A stretch of DNA of 43,739 bases from Candidatus Blackburnbacteria bacterium RIFCSPHIGHO2_12_FULL_44_25. Lineage in GTDB: Bacteria > Patescibacteriota > Microgenomatia > UBA8517 > UBA10165. The notes under the pieces are model-generated. The model searched no databases, was not told the DNA's origin, and was given only the letters and a program-made list of their open reading frames with translations. Below are positions 26,408 to 34,443 of this stretch, one piece after another. The position numbers and the translations under genes were made by a program. The stretch is from contig MHCB01000006.1 of assembly GCA_001816455.1 (NCBI GenBank), positions 1 through 43,739 of the forward strand, given 5' to 3'. Numbering within the stretch: the stretch's first letter is position 1; every line of letters begins with the position of its first letter.

Positions 26408-26607
26408 ATCTCCCACGAGGGATAAAAAATGAAAGATTCAACACACGACTTTACGAAATGTTTATAAAAAAGATGGCCGACAGAAATATTTTATTCCCTC
26501 CTTTACCAACAGAAACAGTTTTCCTATCTCCAGTTCACGAGGAAATAATAGACGATATTGAAAGAGCATTAAAAACTACTTTGTCAGAAATGAGGGATGC
26601 AAAATAG
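26404..26607 (+). pseudogene. C-terminal remnant of a class III (HemL/GSA-like) aminotransferase
   Basis: LYEMFIKKMADRNILFPPLPTETVFLSPVH resembles the HemL C-terminus (GV..PPS.FE..F.S.AH); the PLP-binding core is absent. Confidence 0.55.
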
Positions 26608-26609
26608 TT

Positions 26610-27830
26610 ATGAGTTCTCAAAGTTCAACCATCCTGAGTAATCTCAATAAGACAATAATGTCGGCCAAAAGGACACGGCTTTACAAGGATAAAAACCTGC
26701 ACAAAATAAATTCAATAAGCGAACTGTCGGGTCTTCCGTTTACCACAAAAGAAGATCTAAGGGGGGCTTATCCATATGGGGGCTTAGCAGTTTCCGAAGA
26801 TAAAATTATCGAGGTACATACTACGTCAGGAACCACAGGTAAGCCAACCCTTTCTTTTTTAACAAGAAAAGATCTTAACGAAAGCTCAAAGGCAATTTCT
26901 GAAGCCTGGAGGGCCTTTGGAATTACTAAAAATAGCAAAGTTATGTTCATCATGAGTTACGGTTTGTTTAGTGGAGCGGCTTTAAATACATATGCGATTC
27001 AGAGTATTGGTGCCTTTGTTCTTCCTGCAGGAATTCAGCCTGTAAAAACGCAGGTAGATTTTATGGTTGAATTTGGAATAGATACTGTTATCGCTACCCC
27101 AGGGTTTTTGCTTTATCTTTATGAGTGGATGGCTGCAAATGATTTTGATCGTAGTAGGCTCAAGCTGGTTAGGGCTATTGCCGCTGGTGAAGTCTATTCC
27201 AATAAAATACGAAGGGAAATCGAGAAGAAGCTCAAAATAAAAGTATTTGACCACTACGGATTGTGTGAAGTAAATACAGGAATAGCTTATGAATGTGACA
27301 AAATGCAAGGTCTACATGTGATAGACGATTATGTCGTTCCTGAGATAGTAGACCCTGAAACCGGAAAGGTAATGCCTGAAGGAGAGTATGGAGAACTTGT
27401 GCTGACAAGTCTCAAAAAAGACGCCTCCCCCATTGTTCGATATAAAACCAAGGATATTACTCGTATTATTCCCGGTAAATGCCCATGCGGTAGACATAGA
27501 ATCCGCATTGACAGAATAAAGGCTAGAGTCGGAGAAACGCTATTTATTAAGGGAATAAAGATTGATCCTTATGAGCTGAGGGATTTTATTAGGGAATATC
27601 TAGGAAAAAGCTTTTTTGGTGGAGACATGCAAATAGTTGTGAAAGATAATGACATAAAGTTTCTGCCAAAAATTTTTCTTAGTCTCGTCCAAAATGATGA
27701 AAAAATAATTAAGAGCTTGACGGAAAAGATATATGAACAGACAAGAACCAGGTTTATTGTTGAACATGCTGACCCACAGTTTTTTAATAGAGAGAAGAAC
27801 AATAAGGTTAAATTCATCCATCATGAATAA
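26610..27830 (+). CDS. Phenylacetate-CoA ligase (PaaK)-like AMP-forming ligase
   Basis: LPFTTKEDLR..YPYG, TSGTTGKP, YGLCE, GELVLTSL, PIVRYKTKD, CPCGR. Confidence 0.9.
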   Translation: MSSQSSTILSNLNKTIMSAKRTRLYKDKNLHKINSISELSGLPFTTKEDLRGAYPYGGLAVSEDKIIEVHTTSGTTGKPTLSFLTRKDLNESSKAISEAWRAFGITKNSKVMFIMSYGLFSGAALNTYAIQSIGAFVLPAGIQPVKTQVDFMVEFGIDTVIATPGFLLYLYEWMAANDFDRSRLKLVRAIAAGEVYSNKIRREIEKKLKIKVFDHYGLCEVNTGIAYECDKMQGLHVIDDYVVPEIVDPETGKVMPEGEYGELVLTSLKKDASPIVRYKTKDITRIIPGKCPCGRHRIRIDRIKARVGETLFIKGIKIDPYELRDFIREYLGKSFFGGDMQIVVKDNDIKFLPKIFLSLVQNDEKIIKSLTEKIYEQTRTRFIVEHADPQFFNREKNNKVKFIHHE

Positions 27831-29013
27831 CAAGTTTGAAGTGGATTCCTTATGTTACGACTTGGTTACTTGGCTTAATAAAAAGAAGAGCATAATTTTC
27901 AAATTAAACAATGAATGCACTCAAGATACTGAATATTCAATAAAAATTGATTTTCAGTTTATTAATCAGTATCTACTCTCTTACTCTAAAAACAATTCAC
28001 ACTTTTTCAACTCTCAATTGAAGCCAAAAGGAAAGGTCATACTTGTTTTATCGTTTAACGAACCATTAGTTACAGCGATAGTTCCAGTTCTAAACGCACT
28101 GGTTGCAGGGAATGAAGTTGTGGTTCGTCCAAGTAGGCGGGGGACTAGAATTTTTGACTACATATGGAAAGAGAGTGGTGTTTGTCAAAAATATGGAGGG
28201 AACCTAAAGACAATGTCTGGTGGTGGGCCGGAAGTTCTAGAAAAAGAGCTCATGTGTGCACAAGCTTTATATTTTTTTGGTGGACATAAAAACGCAAAAA
28301 CAGTCTTTCTTTTATGCTCTAAGAACTTTGTTGAGTTCTATCCTGAAATCGAAGCCGCAGATTTTAAAGTTGTCAAGATTAGCAATCTTAGTAACTTCGA
28401 TATGGATCAAGATATTGAAACTTCACTAACGGAGGCTTTTACTCACACTGGACAAAGCTGCCAAAGAATCCAAGGAATATTTGTTCACGACAGCAACCAT
28501 GAAGAGTATTCAAAAAGAATCCTTAAAAGGTTCAATCAACTAGTGTTGTCAAAAAGAATAGAAAGATATATTTCTCCTAATTTTAATTTTGATGAAACAA
28601 TGGTTCAACAATTAAATGTTGATATGTCAAAAGCCGCACCAACAAAACTTATTAGGGCAAACAATAAATTTGGGTTTCCCGTTTTGGTCCTAAATCCAAA
28701 TCCTAAAAGTGTCTTTGTTCAGTCTGCTTATTTTTTGCCAGTCATCTGGGTAACCAGGTACTCAACAGAAGAAGAATTGTTTGATAATATATCCTCTCGA
28801 CCATACCATCTTGGAGTAAATATCCAATCGGATGAGGATAAGTTCATCCAGAAACTAATAAGAAAAACAAATTTTACCAGATATACAGTTAACACTGATC
28901 ACTCGAGAGTTAGACCTAACGAAGGATGGGGTGGAAGTTGGCCGACCGGCTATTCTGGGAACAAAAGCTGGTTGGAGCTTTTTTCATACCCATATCAAAT
29001 CGTGACACAATGA
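27823..29013 (+). CDS. Divergent aldehyde dehydrogenase superfamily protein
   Basis: SFNEP, ALVAGNEVVVRPS, AFTHTGQSCQ (catalytic Cys), WGG. Start ATG 27823 overlaps the ligase stop. Confidence 0.78.
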   Translation: MNNKFEVDSLCYDLVTWLNKKKSIIFKLNNECTQDTEYSIKIDFQFINQYLLSYSKNNSHFFNSQLKPKGKVILVLSFNEPLVTAIVPVLNALVAGNEVVVRPSRRGTRIFDYIWKESGVCQKYGGNLKTMSGGGPEVLEKELMCAQALYFFGGHKNAKTVFLLCSKNFVEFYPEIEAADFKVVKISNLSNFDMDQDIETSLTEAFTHTGQSCQRIQGIFVHDSNHEEYSKRILKRFNQLVLSKRIERYISPNFNFDETMVQQLNVDMSKAAPTKLIRANNKFGFPVLVLNPNPKSVFVQSAYFLPVIWVTRYSTEEELFDNISSRPYHLGVNIQSDEDKFIQKLIRKTNFTRYTVNTDHSRVRPNEGWGGSWPTGYSGNKSWLELFSYPYQIVTQ

Positions 29014-29045
29014 AATCTTGGAATTACAGGGAGGAAGTCATAGAC

Positions 29046-30317
29046 TTACTCTGCCTCGATTGCTAGCATGTTTAACGACCTTTTTCCCAGCCTAATCACG
29101 AAACTTCCATTTTCGGCAAGTTTTATGTGTGCGGTTTTTGGGTCAATTGGTATACCATCAACATAGAACCCGTGTTGCTCGATCAGTCTCCGCACATCCG
29201 CTTTACTCCTAGCCAAGTTTTTCTCAACTAGCAAGCTCACTAGAGCTTTGATGCTAATATCTCCAGGTTCAAGCTTACTCCTTAGAACTGATTCTGGGGT
29301 TTCCATCCTTTGAACAGTACTTTGGAAATATGTTGCAGCGTTATCGGCAGCTTCATTACCGTCATAGAGTCTTACTACTTCATGTGCCAAAACCTTTTTC
29401 AGTGCTACAATATCTGCGGTCCCATCGTGTAATTCTTGTATTGACCTTCCTACAAAATCCATAGGAAGTCGAGTTGCACATTCTAGATATGTGGGTATAA
29501 GGGAGTCGGCAATCTTCATCAATTGAACGTATTTTATCTCCGGAGTGTCGTCGATCCATATGCAGTTTCCTATGCTAGTACTCATCTTTTCTCCATCGGG
29601 ACCTATTAGCAATTGGGTGGTCATATAATCCTGAGGAGGCATACCATATGCCTCTTGAACATCTCGTCCTTTGGTGAGGTTATACGTTTGGTCGGTCCCC
29701 CCAAGCTCAACATCAGCGTTAATCATTACAGAATCATACGCCTGAAGAAGAGGATAAAATGCTTCCGCAAATGAAACAGAGTCGCCCCGACTAATTCTAT
29801 CGGAGAAATTTTTTCTTCCCACCGCTTCCTGCATTGTCTGACATGATGCAAGTCTTAAGAGTGTATCCAGTGAAATATTTTCCAACCAATCAGCATTATG
29901 AACTAATTCCAGCTTTGAAACATCAAGGATCCTAGCAAATTGCTGCATATAATCTTTAATATTATCTGCAATCTGTTTCGGCGTGAGTCCTTTTCTGGCA
30001 CCTGTCTTATCAGATGAGTCGCCAACCTGTGCGGTTCCGTCACCGATAATTATCACAATTTGATGTCCTAAATCTTGAAATTCTTTCAGTTTTAACAGAG
30101 TAGATCCCCGACCTACGTGTAACCTAGAGCCCGTAGGATCAATTCCCAGCTTGACTCTTAAAACTGTGCCTTCCTCCAGCAACCTGGCCCGAAGATGTTC
30201 CTTATCAGCCACTTCAACTACGCCTCGAGTCAATAGCTCATCTACTCTACTTTCTATTTCCTTTCTGCTGGCTGTTTCGGGAATCATGGCTTCAGGTTTT
30301 ACTCTTTCTCCAGTCAT
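29046..30317 (-). CDS. tyrS: Tyrosine--tRNA ligase (possibly an accessory copy)
   Basis: KLGIDPTG..LHVGR, YPLLQAYD, ELGGTDQ.YN, KMSTS, C-terminal S4-like domain. Start ATG 30317 lies downstream of TATAAT. Confidence 0.92.
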   Translation of the reverse strand: MTGERVKPEAMIPETASRKEIESRVDELLTRGVVEVADKEHLRARLLEEGTVLRVKLGIDPTGSRLHVGRGSTLLKLKEFQDLGHQIVIIIGDGTAQVGDSSDKTGARKGLTPKQIADNIKDYMQQFARILDVSKLELVHNADWLENISLDTLLRLASCQTMQEAVGRKNFSDRISRGDSVSFAEAFYPLLQAYDSVMINADVELGGTDQTYNLTKGRDVQEAYGMPPQDYMTTQLLIGPDGEKMSTSIGNCIWIDDTPEIKYVQLMKIADSLIPTYLECATRLPMDFVGRSIQELHDGTADIVALKKVLAHEVVRLYDGNEAADNAATYFQSTVQRMETPESVLRSKLEPGDISIKALVSLLVEKNLARSKADVRRLIEQHGFYVDGIPIDPKTAHIKLAENGSFVIRLGKRSLNMLAIEAE

Positions 30318-30502
30318 GGTATAGCGAAAATTATACACCACGATCCAGCCCAGTCAAGCTATATACTTTAGGAAAATCATTCCGCGCCCTTTTTCTCTTG
30401 AAGCAAACAGGGTTCTTCACATTGCTCTGAGCGCCAGACTCACACCGAGAGAGATGGTGGATGTTGACAGTTGGTCCGGTCCGGAATAGACTAAGACCCA
30501 TA

Positions 30503-30880
30503 ATGGGCCTAGTTGAGAGAATTAAGCAAATTGCTAGTGGGAAAGAAAGGGGTTCGGTTGTTAAACCCACGAGGAAACTTGCGGATGTATTGTCGGGTTC
30601 GAGAATTTTAGATATTTTGGAGGGACTGAGAGACCAAACACCGCTAGAGTTCTCTAGCCAGGTTGTTGAAGACGGCAAAAAGATAGTAATTAGAGTAAAT
30701 TGGCCGACAGTTGTTAGCCAGGGAAAGAAGGGGTTTACGGTTTCTCTCACCGAAGAGTCTATATCATTTATGGGCAATACGCCCAACAACCACAGGCATC
30801 TAGAGGGTATGGATATGCAAGATGGAGAATTAATCGAGAACTCGTTGTTAGAAGCCTTCAGAAGTCCGTCAATGGTCTAA
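30503..30880 (+). CDS. Hypothetical protein
   Basis: ORF preceded by TTGACA(30464)-17-TAGACT; start reassigned to ATG 30503. Confidence 0.55.
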   Translation: MGLVERIKQIASGKERGSVVKPTRKLADVLSGSRILDILEGLRDQTPLEFSSQVVEDGKKIVIRVNWPTVVSQGKKGFTVSLTEESISFMGNTPNNHRHLEGMDMQDGELIENSLLEAFRSPSMV

Positions 30881-30979
30881 AAATCCCTCCTGTTTTTGCT
30901 TGCCTAAGCCAACTTTTAGAAAAAGAGGTAGTCTTCTCAGGCTACTCTGCAATTTTTTAGACGCTGAAATTGGGTATGG

Positions 30980-31006
30980 ATCACACTTCCGATGTGTGAT
31001 GTTTGT
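30980..31006 (+). repeat. Boundary hairpin repeat
   Basis: ATCACACTTCCGATGTGTGATGTTTGT. Confidence 0.88.
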
Positions 31007-31012
31007 AGTGTG

Positions 31013-31249
31013 TTACGAGGTGGGTTTTTCTAGTTTTACAAGACGATCATCGTGGTCTGCTAGATCGTCGTTTATACGCTGGTGAGAAAACTGGTGGGCG
31101 TCAAAATTGTCTCTTATTTTTTGCAATTCACTAAGGATTTCATCTTTAAATTCCAGCAGGTCGTTTTTAATCTCGCTGTGAAGTTCGGTTTTCAACCCTT
31201 CTAGTCGTTCGTCTAAGTATTTTTTAGTGACTGGGGTTTTGTCGTTCAC
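31013..31249 (-). CDS. Small coiled-coil protein
   Basis: Heptad-like VTKKYLDERL...DHDDRLVKLE; promoter TTGACA(31285)-17-TAACAT-7-GTG. Confidence 0.7.
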   Translation of the reverse strand: MNDKTPVTKKYLDERLEGLKTELHSEIKNDLLEFKDEILSELQKIRDNFDAHQFSHQRINDDLADHDDRLVKLEKPTS

Positions 31250-31292
31250 ATCTTACATGTTATGCAGTGAAAACTAGGGTGTCAACGAATGG

Positions 31293-31335
31293 AAAAGGGC
31301 AGGGCCATCCTTGATGGATAGGCGGCCCTGCCTTT
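31293..31335 (-). terminator. Intrinsic terminator candidate
   Basis: GGCAGGGCC...GGCCCTGCC stem followed by CTTTT on the minus strand, just after the 31354 stop. Confidence 0.6.
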
Positions 31336-31353
31336 GGTACCCTGTGGGAGAAT

Positions 31354-33240
31354 TTATGTGGTGCGGGATTCTCCGGGGTTGTGGGCGGCAAGCACTTGGG
31401 GTGGTTTGGGATTCCAGGCAGGACTGTCGGCTTGGTTGATGACAACTTCCCCACCACCAGACGCATTGGTAATAGTCAGCGTTGACACGCACTTCTCTCG
31501 GCAAGTATAGTCCACCGCAGCGATCGCCCCACCGTCGAATGAAGGGACGGCAATGGCGCCTTTTACTGTGAATCGCTGTACATTGTTGTTTGCCGTGTCG
31601 ACTCGCCAGAAAATTGGTTTTTCGTCTTGACGACAGGCTGTGCCAACGAGCAACTTGGAGGTTTGGCCAAGCCACGAAAGTTGAAAGTCCACCATGCCCA
31701 TTTCGCGTCCACAACTCATGCTAACATCCAAGACTTTGGTGCTGGTTTGGGTCGCTGAGTCGTAAACCATCACCGCCGCCGGGCGTGATCTTTGAGCAGA
31801 CATATAGGCAATCTTGCCTTGGGAAGGACTCCATTGAGCGTTGAAAAACTGCTTATCGTAAGTAAGTGAGAAATCCAGACCACTTGTACGCGGCAAGCCG
31901 ATATGTGCCACCTCGACACGACTGTACGGTGATCTGTTGGTATCGGTGGCAGCGTAAACAAACCATAAGTTGTCGAAGTCATCACCCGACCAGCTGGGCG
32001 GATAGTAGAGCGCGACGTTGGAGCTTCCGTGACTCAAAATCCGTTGCCTTTGGACATCAAAGACCGCGATCGTCCCGACAAAGAAGCCCAAACTTTGGGT
32101 TGCGGAGTCGAGAAACACGATAAACTCACCACTAGGAGACCAGCTTGGCAAAGCGCCCTTGGCAACAACTCGTGTTCGTCCTGAGAAAACATCTGTAAGC
32201 AGGAGTTCTGTCGAGTGGTCTGCTTTTATCCGCGTGTAGGCAAGCGTTGTGCCGTCTGGCGACCAGGCAAGATTGGAGTACCAGTGCCTTGCATAACTCT
32301 CGATAGGTTGGCCGTCTTGAGTTAGCTTCCTCTTTTCGCCTGTGGCAAGCCTGGCAAGCCAGATATTGCCGTCCGCACCAGTATAGGCTATCTCGCCGGT
32401 CCGCAGGGCTTCACCATGAGGTAACTCGGCAAGGGCTTCCTTGATGGTCCGAATGGCAGACTGGGCGTGCAGGATTTGTTCGTGCCCGGCGCAGGTAGCC
32501 CAGTATGCTGATGAGGCACACTTTACTCCTGTTGTGACTCCAAGGTTGAAGAAAACCTCGAACCCAGGAATCATTGCATCCAGCGTTGGGACCATAACGT
32601 CGTCGACAGAAGATAGAGTGCGGATGACGACTTTTTCTTTCAGGCGTTCTGCCAGGGCGATGTTCCTGTTCAGAACAATCTCCTGATTGAGTTGTACGAG
32701 TACTTGCGCAACGTCGCTTTCTGCGAGATCGTAACTAACCTTGTCAGCCATCACCCGGATCGTCTCTTTACTGCTACCGTTCACGGGGCTGTCGAGGGTT
32801 ACCAGGTGTTTGATGTGCCTGAGCGCAGGTCCTTGCTCCTCTGTTCCAGTGTAGTTTAGTGCAATCAGTCCGCCCAGGCTATGTCCCAAAAGATCTATCG
32901 AAACTCCGGGGCAGCGCTGGATTTCTTCGTTGATTGTTTGCCTGAGTGCGCTGACACTGTGGGATAAATGCTGATGAGTGTTTTTCTTTGTGTAGTTGTT
33001 TCGATCCTGGAGATTGTAACTAAACGGAAGAACCTTGTTGTATCGTGGTCCGGCCGCGTTGATTATGTCGCCAAACGTCTCTGTCCAACTGCTGTATTCG
33101 GTTTCAATTCCCTGTAACAGCAATAAGACACGCTCGTTACAAGCGATTTTGGTTTGTGCGGTTGACGTGCCTCCCGGTAGAAGAAGACCCAGCAAGAGCA
33201 CGGTGTACAACAAGTGCCTAAACCAGCTATACTTTTTCAA
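31354..33240 (-). CDS. Secreted alpha/beta hydrolase (lipase/PGAP1-like) fused to a TolB-like beta-propeller
   Basis: Signal peptide; GHSLGG, LVTLDSP, DDVMVP, GHEQI; repeats AWSPDG, SWSPSG, QWSPS, SPAW. Start TTG 33240 follows GGAGGGG. Confidence 0.82.
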   Translation of the reverse strand: MKKYSWFRHLLYTVLLLGLLLPGGTSTAQTKIACNERVLLLLQGIETEYSSWTETFGDIINAAGPRYNKVLPFSYNLQDRNNYTKKNTHQHLSHSVSALRQTINEEIQRCPGVSIDLLGHSLGGLIALNYTGTEEQGPALRHIKHLVTLDSPVNGSSKETIRVMADKVSYDLAESDVAQVLVQLNQEIVLNRNIALAERLKEKVVIRTLSSVDDVMVPTLDAMIPGFEVFFNLGVTTGVKCASSAYWATCAGHEQILHAQSAIRTIKEALAELPHGEALRTGEIAYTGADGNIWLARLATGEKRKLTQDGQPIESYARHWYSNLAWSPDGTTLAYTRIKADHSTELLLTDVFSGRTRVVAKGALPSWSPSGEFIVFLDSATQSLGFFVGTIAVFDVQRQRILSHGSSNVALYYPPSWSGDDFDNLWFVYAATDTNRSPYSRVEVAHIGLPRTSGLDFSLTYDKQFFNAQWSPSQGKIAYMSAQRSRPAAVMVYDSATQTSTKVLDVSMSCGREMGMVDFQLSWLGQTSKLLVGTACRQDEKPIFWRVDTANNNVQRFTVKGAIAVPSFDGGAIAAVDYTCREKCVSTLTITNASGGGEVVINQADSPAWNPKPPQVLAAHNPGESRTT

Positions 33241-33252
33241 GGTACCCCTCCT

Positions 33253-33624
33253 ATGAGGCCAACTCAACCCAAAATTGGGCTAATTCGAATTATACTTTTT
33301 CTTGTTGTTCAGTTTCTAGGAGTGGTTTTTTCGTTTGTTTTCTCCCTTATACCCTCAGCTATGATTGTTGTTTTTAATTCCGATTCGATTCTTGAAGCGA
33401 CGAGTTCAGCGGTTAAAATAGTGTTAGTGGTTGGAACAATTTCAGCCTTTTTGGTGGGGATCGCAACGTATGCTTTGACCAGAAGAGTAAGATGGGTAAA
33501 GATGTCTGTGGCTATCACTTTCTTAGCAGCGGCATTACCGCCACTTTTAGTTCTAACCGGTGTAGGCGGGGTATTATTCTGGGTGATAGGTGCTTGGATG
33601 TCGTTTTGGGGATCTTTTCGCTAG
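33253..33624 (+). CDS. Small multi-pass membrane protein
   Basis: 3-4 hydrophobic helices; ATG 33253. Confidence 0.5.
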   Translation: MRPTQPKIGLIRIILFLVVQFLGVVFSFVFSLIPSAMIVVFNSDSILEATSSAVKIVLVVGTISAFLVGIATYALTRRVRWVKMSVAITFLAAALPPLLVLTGVGGVLFWVIGAWMSFWGSFR

Positions 33625-33644
33625 ATAGCAGAAGCTAGAGATAA

Positions 33645-34166
33645 TTAAAGCTTATTCACAACTACTCGGGTTATGAGGATATTGTCCGTTTCTTTTTTCG
33701 GAAAGCAGTTAAATTGAGCGACAACTTCGGCGTCGTTTGCTAAACCTTTAAGGCCAATGTCTTTTCCGTTGGCATCTTCTACGAGTCCTGGTTTTTCATT
33801 TAGAGAAAGCGTTAAACTTTCCCCTTCTTCTTTGGGAACAAGGTCAAATCTTCCCGAAGTGCCGCTTATTGTCAAACTTGCAATTTTACCGTTCATTGAC
33901 CCGATAACGGTTTTTTTACCGCTATATTCTGCGACTTCTATCCGGCTTACGACTTTGTTTTCTTTAAGAGATGTGCAACTTCCGATGTCTGTATTATCTG
34001 TAACTTCTGATCTTTTTGTCGTTATTTGCGGGGTTGGTGTTATATTTTGGGTAGTTTTTTTGGCGGTTGGCAAGGGACTGCCACGCAAATAGAAGTAGTA
34101 GCCGCCTAGACCTAAGATAGAAAAAAGAGCTAAGGCGACGAGAGTATAGAAGAATTTATTGCTCAC
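33645..34166 (-). CDS. Single-pass membrane protein with small beta-rich domain and Cys pair
   Basis: N-terminal TM, T/P linker; TATGAT 6 nt before GTG. Confidence 0.7.
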   Translation of the reverse strand: MSNKFFYTLVALALFSILGLGGYYFYLRGSPLPTAKKTTQNITPTPQITTKRSEVTDNTDIGSCTSLKENKVVSRIEVAEYSGKKTVIGSMNGKIASLTISGTSGRFDLVPKEEGESLTLSLNEKPGLVEDANGKDIGLKGLANDAEVVAQFNCFPKKETDNILITRVVVNKL

Positions 34167-34221
34167 CGTTTAATCATACATACAACTCGTTTCAAAACTC
34201 AAGCATCTTGTCTAAAAGGTG

Positions 34222-34369
34222 CGGCAGGGAAGGACAGGAGTTTGTGGTATGGAAATTGGGGTTAAATTTACCACATTCTCGTGTTCGCTTCCCTGCCGGG
34301 TCGTTTGTCGTCTTTTGGCTACCTCCTTTCGTTGAGGGGCGAAGGGCTGGGGTGTAGAACCCCGAGGTA
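34222..34369. ncRNA. Candidate structured ncRNA downstream of ftsA
   Basis: 77-nt imperfect hairpin (CGGCAGGGAAG/CTTCCCTGCCG; TGTGGTA/TACCACA) plus a three-way junction closed by TACCTC/GAGGTA. Confidence 0.5.
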
Positions 34370-34443
34370 ATGTCCGTCGATAGTCCGACAATTTGACTGA
34401 AAAGTACTGCTGTTTATTGTACACCCCTTTAGCAATTGGGGAT

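Larger units (their letters stand above)
11203..34420. mobile_element. Mosaic accessory region / insertion hotspot between ftsA and ftsZ
   Basis: Separates ftsA from ftsZ; mixed strands, abrupt composition changes, boundary repeats and gene remnants. No integrase is visible inside it. Confidence 0.65.

Noticed and set aside
24315-27830. Phenylacetate or aromatic meta-cleavage catabolic operon
   Set aside because: There are no paaABCDE/paaZ, dioxygenase, hydratase or DmpF genes; family membership alone does not support catabolism.
30331-30789. 152-aa minus-strand ORF upstream of tyrS
   Set aside because: It is antisense to 30503-30880, which has a consensus promoter and more protein-like composition.
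18692-31006. CRISPR array or classical integron interpretation of the repeats
   Set aside because: The repeats are kilobases apart with no regular spacers, there are no cas or intI genes, and no attC-type RYYYAAC...GTTRRRY ends were recognised.
33978-33989. ACTTCCGATGT partial match to the boundary hairpin
   Set aside because: It is short, lies inside a coding region and lacks the stem arms; likely chance.
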